DNA of 64,000 nucleotides from an uncultured Candidatus Saccharibacteria bacterium. GTDB taxonomy: Bacteria > Patescibacteriota > UBA1384 > XYA2-FULL-43-10 > 1-14-0-10-43-13. The notes below the pieces were generated by a model, which saw only the letters and a list, made by a program, of their open reading frames with translations, was not told where the DNA came from and did not search any database. Shown piece after piece: positions 47,217 to 57,100 of the stretch (position 1 is the stretch's first letter; each line of letters opens with the position of its first letter). The position numbers were made by a program, and so were the translations under genes. The stretch covers positions 28,470-92,469 of the forward strand of contig CAZVMH010000003.1 of NCBI GenBank assembly GCA_964628585.1, read 5' to 3'.

Positions 47217-47543
47217 ATGTCAAAGAAAAAAAATAAATTCAAAAAGTCAAAACGACACCACCTGCAAGATCAACCCATCAAAAAGCAGATGTCAGCTGTT
47301 GAAGTCAAGAACAATAGTCCAATTGTTGAGTCTTCCGCATCCGATAAAGTAATTGAAGCCCCGCTTGATCATTACGACACTCAAAAATATGACTACGTTA
47401 AACACGATATTAAAAAAATCTTGATCATCATGGTCTCAATTATTATCGTATTATTCGCTTTTTATTTTATAGAACTCAAAACCACAATCCTAGATACAAT
47501 CGGCAACTGGATTTACAAAATCCTCAACATTCAAACACTTTAA
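47217..47543 (+). CDS. Hypothetical small membrane protein with Lys-rich N-terminus
   Basis: 108 aa. MSKKKNKFKKSKRHH..., single TM ILIIMVSIIIVLFAFYFI. Confidence 0.4.
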   Translation: MSKKKNKFKKSKRHHLQDQPIKKQMSAVEVKNNSPIVESSASDKVIEAPLDHYDTQKYDYVKHDIKKILIIMVSIIIVLFAFYFIELKTTILDTIGNWIYKILNIQTL

Positions 47544-47545
47544 AT

Positions 47546-49084
47546 TTAATATCTCTGCTCTTTGGGCCTGTATTGCAACGCTTCTGTGATATGACGATCC
47601 AATATGGTCGGCTCATTTTCTAGATCGGCAATTGTTCTGGCTACTTTTAAAAGTCGGTGATATACTCGGGCAGAAAGTTTCATTGAGTCGACTGCTTGAG
47701 CAATCATCTTTTCCCCCGCTTCATCTAATTTACAAAATTCCTTGATATGTTTTGAGCTAATTGCAGAGTTGGCTTTGATTTTTAGGTTTTTGAATCTTTT
47801 TGTTTGGATGTCTCTGGCTTTTTGGACTCGCTCGCGCACCTTGCTTGAGGCTTCGCCCAATTTTTCTTCTGCTAATTTTTCATATTTTAATCTCGGCACC
47901 TCTATATGAATGTCGACCCTATCTAATAATGGACCCGATATCTTTTTTTGATATTTCATAATTTGAGTAGGGGAACAATTGCACTGTTTTTCACTGTCAG
48001 TTAAATACCCGCAGGGACAGGGATTTTGAGCCGCAACCAAAAGAAAATCAGCTGGAAAAGTTAGACTGCTCTGCGCTCTAGAAACTGTAACCACTCCATC
48101 TTCTAGCGGTTGGCGTAGCGCTTCTAAAACGCTTCGTGGAAACTCTGGGAATTCATCTAAGAAGAGAACACCTCGATGGGAGAGGCTTATCTCACCTGGT
48201 TTTGGCCACTGCCCTCCTCCGATTAAGGCGACAGATGAAGTCGTATGATGTGGCGATCGGAACGGTCGAGCCGAAATAAGGCCATCTTCTTTATCATTAA
48301 ATAGTCCTGCAACTGAATATACTTTAGAGATATCCAGCATTTCATCTTCGTCCATGCTTGGTAAAATTGTAGTTAAACTTCGCGACAATAAAGTTTTGCC
48401 TGAGCCAGGAGGTCCTGACATTAAAATGTTATGATTTCCTGCTGCCGCAATTTCTAGTGCTCTTTTAACCTGTTCTTGGCCAGAAATGAAAGCGAAGTCA
48501 TAATCCGATTGATTTGTATTATGTCTTTTTGATTTCGATGTTTTCTGGGCTGGTTTTAATATCTTTGCCCCAAGTAAATGGTCTACTAACGATCTTAAAT
48601 TTTCAATCGCATAAACTTCCAGGCCTTTAACCAAAAGTGCTTCCGATGCATTTGCCTTTGGTAGGAATATTCGTTCATATCCGTTTTGTATTGCAAACAT
48701 AGCAATTGGAAGAACACCGTTCACTCCCCGCAATTCACCATTAAGTGATAGCTCGCCTATAAAAATTGATTTTTTAAGGTCCGGAATTCGTTCAATCTCT
48801 CCATCGGCAGCTAAAATCCCTACTGCCATTGGCAAATCAAAACTTGGACCCTCTTTTTTAATATCGGCAGGAGCTAAATTGATAGTTAGGCGATGCTGAG
48901 GAAATTGCAAATCGGAATTTTTAATCGCTGCTCTAATCCTTTCTTTGCTTTCATCGATTGCCTTATCTGGCAACCCAACAATAGCAAAAGAAGGTAATCC
49001 TTTTCCTAAATCGACTTCAACCTCAACAAGATATGACTCAAGTCCAATGGTTGCAGCAGAGAATACTTTAGCAATCTTTTGCAT
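47546..49084 (-). CDS. comM: YifB/ComM family Mg-chelatase-like AAA+ ATPase
   Basis: 512 aa. Lon-protease-like N-domain, Walker A GPPGSGKT, Walker B LFLDEFPEF, C-terminal Mg-chelatase subunit ChlI-like region. Confidence 0.85.
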   Translation of the reverse strand: MQKIAKVFSAATIGLESYLVEVEVDLGKGLPSFAIVGLPDKAIDESKERIRAAIKNSDLQFPQHRLTINLAPADIKKEGPSFDLPMAVGILAADGEIERIPDLKKSIFIGELSLNGELRGVNGVLPIAMFAIQNGYERIFLPKANASEALLVKGLEVYAIENLRSLVDHLLGAKILKPAQKTSKSKRHNTNQSDYDFAFISGQEQVKRALEIAAAGNHNILMSGPPGSGKTLLSRSLTTILPSMDEDEMLDISKVYSVAGLFNDKEDGLISARPFRSPHHTTSSVALIGGGQWPKPGEISLSHRGVLFLDEFPEFPRSVLEALRQPLEDGVVTVSRAQSSLTFPADFLLVAAQNPCPCGYLTDSEKQCNCSPTQIMKYQKKISGPLLDRVDIHIEVPRLKYEKLAEEKLGEASSKVRERVQKARDIQTKRFKNLKIKANSAISSKHIKEFCKLDEAGEKMIAQAVDSMKLSARVYHRLLKVARTIADLENEPTILDRHITEALQYRPKEQRY

Positions 49085-49143
49085 TTACACTCCTTTTTGA
49101 TTTAAATATATTTTATCACTTTTTGGCACAAAAAAGGCGAAAG

Positions 49144-49172
49144 CCCGGCCTGACACTAGGGTCAGACCGGGC
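49144..49172 (-). terminator. Intrinsic terminator for the 209-aa GC-rich gene
   Basis: Minus-strand reading: GCCCGGTCTGAC-CCTAGT-GTCAGGCCGGGC followed by TTTCGCCTTTTTT. Confidence 0.6.
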
Positions 49173-49180
49173 TCGGTGTA

Positions 49181-49810
49181 CTACGAAAACTGTTCCTCCA
49201 ATGCGACTATGTGTCGTGCTTCGTAGCTGTCACTATAGTCGCGAGGCGGGTTCTCCCAAGCTGTTTTGAGCAGGTCTACCGCTCTTCTCGGCAAGGGAAA
49301 CAATGTCGAGATGTAGACCGTTCCTGGTGTAATCGGCCTGTCGCTCTCGAAATAGGGAGCGAACTTGATCCGCGTCGGCGGTTTGATGAGTGCCTTGTCA
49401 ATCTTTCGCAATGACTTGCTAAGATCACAGACATCATCATAGATGGAATCAATCAACGGATTGGCTATTCCGCCAGGATTGATCTTTGTAACCGCTTTGG
49501 AGCCCAGGAAAATACCGACTGCCTTCACCCCGCCATTGAGAATTGCCTGGACATAACTATTCGTTGAGCTATACGTCGCCACCTCAATCGGCTCAGTCGG
49601 ACACGGCGCATGGGCCGTCACTACTACCAGGTCATTCTCTCTCTGTCCTTCGATCATGTCAAGTCTGAATGGAATCTCGTCGTGGTGGCCCAGATTTCCT
49701 CCGGGCGTGGGTATCCAGATTGCCCCAGCAGGGAGAATATTCCTAATCTCCAGCTGGGGGCAAAAACAACCTGAGACAATCACCTTAGCCACCTTTTCCA
49801 CAGACGCCAA
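49181..49810 (-). CDS. Hypothetical protein (209 aa) in a GC-rich islet
   Basis: About 52% GC versus about 35% in the flanks. No recognisable family motif (MASVEKVAKVIVSGCFCPQLEI...). Has its own strong terminator. Confidence 0.5.
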   Translation of the reverse strand: MASVEKVAKVIVSGCFCPQLEIRNILPAGAIWIPTPGGNLGHHDEIPFRLDMIEGQRENDLVVVTAHAPCPTEPIEVATYSSTNSYVQAILNGGVKAVGIFLGSKAVTKINPGGIANPLIDSIYDDVCDLSKSLRKIDKALIKPPTRIKFAPYFESDRPITPGTVYISTLFPLPRRAVDLLKTAWENPPRDYSDSYEARHIVALEEQFS

Positions 49811-49930
49811 CCTCCTGTTGTAAATCGGTAAGTACTATCGGCCGATTTACAAAAAACTGTACCACAAACAATACCATAGCTCAAGCTTTGACTCATTATT
49901 ACGAACCAAAGTTTGACCTGTGGGTTTAAT

Positions 49931-50887
49931 TTATTTCAAAAAATCTTTTACTATTTTGGAGATGTTACTATAATCATTTTCCCAAACAATCTCTGGAAAA
50001 CGCTTAAACCAGGTCATCTGACGTCTGGAGAACTGACGAATACGTAACTTAAGTTGATCTTTCATCTTGCCATACGAAATTTCTTGTTCAATATTTTTTA
50101 ATTCTAAATTGTCATTTTGAGGTTTGAATTTTGAGGTTTGAATTATGTAGTTCGTTATTTCTCGATATTCTAATCCCAATCCAATTAACCACTCTGAACA
50201 GACTCCTTCTTTTAACAACCCTTCAATTTCTTCCAGCATTCCTTGCTTAAACCTTTCCTCAACACGCATATCAATTCTTGAATATAGTTGTTCCCTTGGC
50301 CAGTTAATTCCGATTTGAAGTACCTCAAAATTTGGCTTTCTTTTTGTTGGGATATTGCCCTCTTGAGCCCGTTCGATTGCCCGGATCAACCGATGCGGAT
50401 TTTTAATGTCTATCTTTTCAAAAGATTCGGGATCAATCTTCTTCAAAATCTTCTGTAGCTCTTGTGCGGAAAGTTGTTCTAACATTTTTCTTTTTGAATT
50501 ATCATTTTGATTTTTGAGATTTGCATTTTGATTTAGCTTTAATTGAAAGCCTTCAGTAAGGGCTTGAACGTAAAGTCCTGTCCCCCCCACTATTATCGGC
50601 ACTTTTCCTCGAGAAAAAATGTCTTCGATCGCTTTTCGGGCAAGGGGCAAATAATCGAAAAGCGTAATACGGACTCCTGGCTCACATATGTCGATTAAGT
50701 GATATTTAGTGCCATTATATTCAGCTAAATCTTTTCCGGTACCTAAATCTAATCCACGATAAACCTGCCTAGAATCGGCAGAAATAATTTCTCCATTTAA
50801 TTCCTTAGCAAGTCTGACACCAATACCAGTTTTGCCTGATGCTGTTGGACCAACAATGACAATAATTTTTCGATTTATCTTTTTCAT
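49931..50887 (-). CDS. miaA: tRNA dimethylallyltransferase MiaA, with low-complexity QN-rich insertions
   Basis: 318 aa. P-loop IVIVGPTASGKTG and DSRQVYRGLDLGTGK. Internal KxQNDN duplications coincide with short DNA tandem repeats at about 50100-50160 and 50480-50545. Confidence 0.85.
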   Translation of the reverse strand: MKKINRKIIVIVGPTASGKTGIGVRLAKELNGEIISADSRQVYRGLDLGTGKDLAEYNGTKYHLIDICEPGVRITLFDYLPLARKAIEDIFSRGKVPIIVGGTGLYVQALTEGFQLKLNQNANLKNQNDNSKRKMLEQLSAQELQKILKKIDPESFEKIDIKNPHRLIRAIERAQEGNIPTKRKPNFEVLQIGINWPREQLYSRIDMRVEERFKQGMLEEIEGLLKEGVCSEWLIGLGLEYREITNYIIQTSKFKPQNDNLELKNIEQEISYGKMKDQLKLRIRQFSRRQMTWFKRFPEIVWENDYSNISKIVKDFLK

Positions 50888-50926
50888 TGATCAATATCCT
50901 ACCATTTTTAAGCGCATTCGACAATC

Positions 50927-51667
50927 TTGCAAACAAAATTTTATTTGTTTATGATAAAAACTATGATTGAGATCAAAAAACTTTCCAAAAATTTCGGCGA
51001 TCAAAAAGTGGTCCATAATGTTAATTTAAGCCTTCCCAAAGGTAAGATTTTTGGTTTTCTTGGCCAGAACGGCGCCGGCAAAACTACTGTAATGAAAATG
51101 GTCGTCGGTGTCCTCAAGCCAGATAGCGGATCTATAGTTATCGATAAACAAAACATTAATAAAAAAGAAATTAAAGAAATTATTGGTTACATGCCTGAAG
51201 ATCCTTATTTTTACGATCATCTTTCAGCTCTTGAATTTATGAAGTTCGTTCAGGATCTATTCAAGCGCAAATCTCCTCTCAAAATTGAAACGATTTTGAG
51301 TCTGACTAGTTTGGGCACTACAGGCAAAAAAAGAATTGTTAATTTTTCCAAAGGAATGAAACAACGACTTGGTTTGGCTCAAGCCTTAGTCAATAATCCT
51401 GAATATCTCTTTCTTGATGAACCTCTAGATGGACTTGATCCAATTGGAAGAAAAGAGTTTAAAGAGATAATTCTAAATCTTAGGAAACAAGGTAAAACGA
51501 TTTTCTTCAATTCTCATATACTTTCTGACGTAGAGGAAATTTGCGACCAAATTGGCATAATTGACGAAGGAAAATTGATTTATTCGGGTACAGTCAATAA
51601 ATTTAGAGGCAAGAAAAGCTTAGAAAATGCTTTTGTTGAGATAATTGAGAAAGAAAATAGAAAATGA
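50927..51667 (+). CDS. ABC transporter ATP-binding protein
   Basis: 246 aa. Walker A GQNGAGKTT, signature FSKGMKQRLGLAQAL, Walker B LFLDEPLDGLD. The true start may be an internal Met (MIEIKKL, about 50963). Confidence 0.85.
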   Translation: MQTKFYLFMIKTMIEIKKLSKNFGDQKVVHNVNLSLPKGKIFGFLGQNGAGKTTVMKMVVGVLKPDSGSIVIDKQNINKKEIKEIIGYMPEDPYFYDHLSALEFMKFVQDLFKRKSPLKIETILSLTSLGTTGKKRIVNFSKGMKQRLGLAQALVNNPEYLFLDEPLDGLDPIGRKEFKEIILNLRKQGKTIFFNSHILSDVEEICDQIGIIDEGKLIYSGTVNKFRGKKSLENAFVEIIEKENRK

Positions 51668-52425
51668 AGAATATATTAACAATTGCTCGTAACACCTTCA
51701 AGGAAGCTATTCGTGACCGTATTCTCTACGCAATTTTAGCTTTTGCTCTTCTTTTTCTGGTCTCAACTTTTTTTCTCGGCTCAATCTCTCTCGGCGAAGA
51801 TATTAAAGTCGTTAAAGACTTAGGACTTGCTGGCATCTATATTTTCAGTATCATTATTGCTGTGTTTCTCGGCACTTCACTAGTATATAAAGAATTAGAA
51901 AAAAAGACTCTCTATATTATTATCTCTAAACCAGTTAGCTTTATTGATTTTGCCATCGGTAAATTTTTAGGGCTGTGGGCTGGGCTCAGTCTTAATATTT
52001 TCTTAATGACAATTGCGTACTTGATTATTGTAAAAATTAAGGGTGGTGGAATTGATTATATCTCGCTATATTCGATATTATTACTTATTTTTGAAATAGC
52101 AATTTTTATAGCTTTAACTATACTTTTTTCTTCTTTTACTACTCCTCTTGCTGGCGCGATCTACTCCGTAATCTTTCTTTACATTGGGCACTCTCTCTCA
52201 CTCCTCAAGCAATCGGCAGAAAAATCGGAGGGTTTTTACAAATATTTCGCCGATGGTGCCTATTATATACTTCCAAATCTTGAAAAATTTAATCTAAGAA
52301 ATAGTGTTGTTTACGGTGTAATTCCAAATAGTGGTGAGATTGTTTACCCAATAATTTACTCCATAATTTACACTTCAATATTTATTTGGTTAGCTGTATT
52401 GGCACTAAAAAAACAAGAACTCTAA
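51664..52425 (+). CDS. ABC-2 type transporter permease
   Basis: 253 aa with six TM segments. Start overlaps the ATPase stop, indicating translational coupling. Confidence 0.7.
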   Translation: MKNILTIARNTFKEAIRDRILYAILAFALLFLVSTFFLGSISLGEDIKVVKDLGLAGIYIFSIIIAVFLGTSLVYKELEKKTLYIIISKPVSFIDFAIGKFLGLWAGLSLNIFLMTIAYLIIVKIKGGGIDYISLYSILLLIFEIAIFIALTILFSSFTTPLAGAIYSVIFLYIGHSLSLLKQSAEKSEGFYKYFADGAYYILPNLEKFNLRNSVVYGVIPNSGEIVYPIIYSIIYTSIFIWLAVLALKKQEL

Positions 52426-52426
52426 T

Positions 52427-53221
52427 ATGAAAAAAGCTTTTTTATTTGGCATTTTCATCTTAATGCTTTCAGCAATAGTTATTTTGCAAGTTTTCTCAGA
52501 CAGAGAAAAGGCTAGAGCAATTTACACCGAACCAATTGTTCTAAAATCAGAGACGATTCGCATTACCGATCTTGGGTTACATAACGCAGCAGCCGATCTT
52601 CTTTGGCTGGCCTCAATACAATATTTCGGTGGCGGAGAGAGCAGAACAATGTCAAAATTGTCAGAATATTTATTTACGGCTACTGAACTCGATTCACAAT
52701 TTTCTTACCCGTATGCCTTTGGTGTTCTAATATTGCCGAGTGTCGAGAAAATGGACGAGGCGCTTGTTCTTGGCCAAAAGGGCGTGGATTTGAAGCTTGC
52801 AGACTGGAGAATTCCATATTATATGGCAACAATATATTTTATTAATAAAGAAGATAATAAAGAGGCAGCCAAATACTTTGATATTGCTGCAAACACAAAA
52901 GATGCCCCGGATAACATTACTCAGATTGCGGCTCGATTCGGTGCAAACAGTAACAGACGATCTCAGACAATTCAAATATGGCAAGGTATTTACGAAAATT
53001 CAGATGATGAGGTAGTTAAAGAAAGAGCTAAGAAATATATAATACACTATTCAATTCTAGACGCACTTGATCAGGCAGTACAGATCTATAAAGATAAATA
53101 TAATAAATTACCAACAGACATCTCCGAATTGGTAAAAATAAAAGTTATTAATCAAGTCCCGATTGATCCGTTTGGCTTTGAATATATAATCAGAGAAGAC
53201 GGAAAAGTTAATTTTAAATAA
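52427..53221 (+). CDS. Hypothetical membrane-anchored protein with a pseudopilin-like C-terminal motif. Third gene of the ABC-2 operon.
   Basis: 264 aa. N-terminal TM, helical repeat region. C-terminus LDQAVQIYKDKYNKLPTDISELV...PIDPFGFEYI resembles the GspG/type IV pilin globular-domain signature. Confidence 0.45.
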   Translation: MKKAFLFGIFILMLSAIVILQVFSDREKARAIYTEPIVLKSETIRITDLGLHNAAADLLWLASIQYFGGGESRTMSKLSEYLFTATELDSQFSYPYAFGVLILPSVEKMDEALVLGQKGVDLKLADWRIPYYMATIYFINKEDNKEAAKYFDIAANTKDAPDNITQIAARFGANSNRRSQTIQIWQGIYENSDDEVVKERAKKYIIHYSILDALDQAVQIYKDKYNKLPTDISELVKIKVINQVPIDPFGFEYIIREDGKVNFK

Positions 53222-53227
53222 TTAGTG

Positions 53228-53262
53228 AAAAGGGCGAGCCGATTTGATCGGCTCGCCCTTTC
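53228..53262. terminator. Bidirectional terminator between convergent genes
   Basis: Perfect 15-bp stem AAAGGGCGAGCCGAT / ATCGGCTCGCCCTTT with loop TTGA. A-run on one side and T-run on the other. Confidence 0.65.
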
Positions 53263-53268
53263 GGTTGA

Positions 53269-53922
53269 CTATGCTCTATGCCGTTCAATCCTCAACCAGG
53301 TGTGATTGGTTCGCCCGCAGATGTCGCAAACACCTGCCTCGTAGATCAGAGCATCCTGATCAGCATCAACGGCTATTGGGTGCGTAGACCCGAAGCACCC
53401 TTCAACCGGACATCTGATCGAAACGACATAGTACAGTCCATTCATGCCTCTTGAAGAAAAGGCATTCTTCTCGTGCCATAGCCTGCTTGGCGGCACGAAG
53501 TTCTTCGCCCAAAACCAGTCCCACGCTCGCCGAAACAAGTTTCTTCTGTTCCAAACGTCGAGAGCCTTGTTGTAGGCATTCTCGTCTGATCGAACGATCT
53601 CTTCCTCCGCGTCGATGCTGACAACGGAAAGAATCTGATAGAACTGGACGATCGCCCAGAGATGAGCGCCGCACTCCTCACAGACTGCATGGATATCGAT
53701 GTGGCTCCCATAATTTGCAGTACATCCTTGCGGGCAGTCAACAATCTTCTCCGCACTCTGACCGCCGCACTTTCTGCCATCCTCGTTTCTGCCGTCACAC
53801 TCCAGACGAACAAAGATTTTTCGACCGTAGTATGCTCTGCCCTGTATCGGCCAAGTTTTTCCATGCGGGATAGTCAGATGCCTCAGTTCCTCGTTGCTCT
53901 CCCTAGTGATACCGTGTGTCAT
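53269..53922 (-). CDS. Hypothetical Cys-rich protein with two zinc-ribbon-like modules, in a GC-rich islet
   Basis: 217 aa. CPQGC...CEEC and CPVEGC...CDIC motif pairs. About 52% GC. Not assignable to a family from sequence alone. Confidence 0.45.
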   Translation of the reverse strand: MTHGITRESNEELRHLTIPHGKTWPIQGRAYYGRKIFVRLECDGRNEDGRKCGGQSAEKIVDCPQGCTANYGSHIDIHAVCEECGAHLWAIVQFYQILSVVSIDAEEEIVRSDENAYNKALDVWNRRNLFRRAWDWFWAKNFVPPSRLWHEKNAFSSRGMNGLYYVVSIRCPVEGCFGSTHPIAVDADQDALIYEAGVCDICGRTNHTWLRIERHRA

Positions 53923-54163
53923 TGGAACTTCTCCGATTGTGTATTCAAAACCGAAAAATCTCGTGCCGAAGCCCGAGACTTTTTTATTAGTCCATTTCTT
54001 CGGTAGCCTGGCTATCCTTCTTATCTATCTGACAAGGGTTGGATCCATGGCTTTGCGTCTCTCGGCTTTCGCCGGATTTGCCTTTTTCGGTTTTGTAAGC
54101 ACATATTATCACATAATATCAATTTTGTCAACCCCAGCTTATGGTTTAAGAAGACAAAAAAAA

Positions 54164-57100
54164 TTATTTGCGTCTTCGCTTAAGTAATATGAATCCTATC
54201 ACAAAAAATATCACTAATATGCCTATCAAAACATAGACGATCAGATTCGCGTTTTTATTTCGATTTTCGTCAGTTACAGGACTATTATTTGGTGTAGAAT
54301 AAATTTGCTCATCATCACTCGCAACAGCTCGAGGAACATCAATTATACCTGCAGTGCCATCATCTTCAGTTTCGGTTGAGTACGTGACAGGAATTGGTGT
54401 TGAAGTAGTAACCGGAGCTGTTATGTTGTCACTGCCAGGTTGTACAAGCGGAGTATAAATAACATTAAAGCTAAGATGAGGCAAAGATTCATTACCAGCT
54501 TCGTCAGTCACAACTATTTCAATGCTATTGGTCCCAATAGCCAGATTTAATAAGCGGTAGCTAAAGGCAGGGAGATTACTTAAGTTCACTGAGTTGCCGT
54601 TTATGGTGATACTTGCCACACCCGAACCTTCATCGCTAGCAGTCCCCGTGATATCAACGTAGCCACCGGTTCGGTTTATTGTTAGCCCCGTTACAGTAAC
54701 CACAGGGGCAGTAGTATCTTCCCTAATCTCGAAAGTTTTTTCCGAAAAACCACTGTCATAGTTAAAGGATAAATTACCAATTTCATCCGATGATATGTCC
54801 TTTTGCCAAACACCATTAATTTTTAGTGAATAGTTTGTGCTTGGTTTAAAACCGCTTATGTTATGTAAGACTGTTGTTCCGTGATCTTCACTATTTTCGG
54901 TCCACTTACGATAATAATCCCCACTCGATGTCCAGTCGGTTACATTTACATCAATAGCTCCCGCTGACGGGATTATGTTCATCCCTACCGTATTCACTGG
55001 CGTTTCTCCGGTAATACCCACTGCCTGTAGCACAGCGGTACTATTATCTTTATTAATTGTGGTGGTATAGCCCAGAAATGGTCTTTCTAAATCATCAATG
55101 GTGATGTTCGATGAGCCAATCCCGTCAAGCACTAAAGTCGCACTTTCCACGTCGCTTCCATCACCAGAATTTGTAGCCGAAATAATATTCACGTCGGGAT
55201 TTGAGATTGATTTTACAGCCGGGTTAACAGTTTTGTCAGAAACAAAATTTACAAAACTCGGACTTGCTTTTGTCGTCTTCCAGTACGGACCATGGCTTAA
55301 CACATCTTCTAGAGTAACTTCAGGGGATGAGCCAGTGTCGTATTTGATTGAGAGCATGTACCAATCAGAAGGGTTATCCATCGGATAGTTAAATGTCGGC
55401 GTTTCTCCCAAGAAATGAGAATATGTCCCAGTTTCAGCGCCAACTACAGCTGGCACATGAAAATGAGGCATTGTTGTGTCTACAAGATAATCATAAGTAT
55501 TGTATCTTTCGATTCCCATTACACCTGCGCGTGCTCCTTTGTAATTGCTATCGATAATAACTTTTTTTAAATTTGATAAAGGGTAATTTGGGATTTCATC
55601 AGGAGAGTTTTGTACCCAGCCACCACAATACCATACTTCTATAGCTTCATCTGAATCCGTCAATGTCCTAAGCAAAGCTCTTCCATCATGCTGACCCCAA
55701 GCCTGCACCTGGCCATGGGAGGGCAAAACATCACGAAGATACATCTTTGAAGTGTTTTCGATAGAATCAACATAGACATTGTACTTTCTTCTAGTTGTGT
55801 CCGTACCTTTTATTACTTCGACAATAAGCCCGTACAAACCTGGCTTTGAGGGAGAAAATGTTCCCCTAATGCGAGTACCAGAATTGTTAGCGGTGATAGT
55901 TTCTTCAGGGCTGGTTCGCGCGGTTGCTGTACAACTGGCACAGATTGTAAAATCGTAATTAACTTGCTCAGTCGTAGCGACCGTACGGTCAAAATCTGTC
56001 GAGGTAAACGCTAAATCGCGGTCATTGATATTGTTAAGATAAAGATTATTTGAATATGTATTGGCGCCATCATCGATAACTGCTTTAAAATTATTCATAA
56101 TTGTATTACCAGATATTGTTAAGCCCGAAGAGCTAGATAAATTTATTGCCGCACCATTTTCAACGGTTAATGCAACTCCCCTAACTCCTTTAAAAACATT
56201 ATTCGTGATAGACCCCGAAGTGGCACTATTGATTTTTACTCCACTGTTGAAATGATAACCGATCGAATTATTATAAATTGTCGTATTTTCAGAACCATTA
56301 ATTTCGATTCCTTGTCCGTAAGTATCTTCGATTGTGTTCTCTGATATTTCATTAGAATCCGAGTCAGTAAATAAAATGCCGTTTTGTCGATTATGAAGTA
56401 TTTCATTGTTTCTGATTATGTTTGACATTGAAGATTCTTGAAATGAGATAGAAGAATTGTTGTAACGCAGAATATTGTTTTCGATGATACTATTATCAGT
56501 ATTTAAAAACTTTATTCCGAACGATCCGCCCCCGCTTCTTAGTCCTTCGGCGGCCTCATGGTATGTTGAAATTGTTGAGTCTTTAATTGTAACATTACTC
56601 GAATTAGCTAAGACTATGGCTGATTTGTCCGCCGTTGATGAAGTGATCGTGAAGTCTCTGGCTTCAACATATTGGCAATTATTTAGCCATAAATATTTAT
56701 AATCTAGACCGGTTCCATCAAGGATTATCGGGTTATCGATCGTACCAATAAGGCTGGAATAGAAATGCATTACATTGCCATCGACAGAGTTTGATGTATC
56801 TATATCTTGATTATAGGAAGCGGCGTCATTAAAAAAACTAGGAATACCATTGATGTTTGCAAACCTGTTGTTTCTTAACTGATTATTTGCCGATGAAAGA
56901 ATGATTTTTGCATTATCAAAATCATTATTTATAAAAATATTTTCGCCACCTAAATAAGTAGTTAAATTCTCGTTAGTTATTGAACTATTTTGAAACGTGT
57001 TGTTGGTTGAAGATACTAAGTTGATACCATTAATAAACACTCCTCTATCGAATCGGATATTACTAGAGTCTAATAAAAAAACATCATCTTGATTATTGTT

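Noticed and set aside
53402-54006. Several overlapping ORFs (53402..53674 -, 53442..53864 -, 53662..54006 +) in the GC-rich islet
   Set aside because: These are alternative frames or antisense reads of the 217-aa Cys-rich gene. The only frame with a coherent motif pattern and terminator context is 53269..53922.
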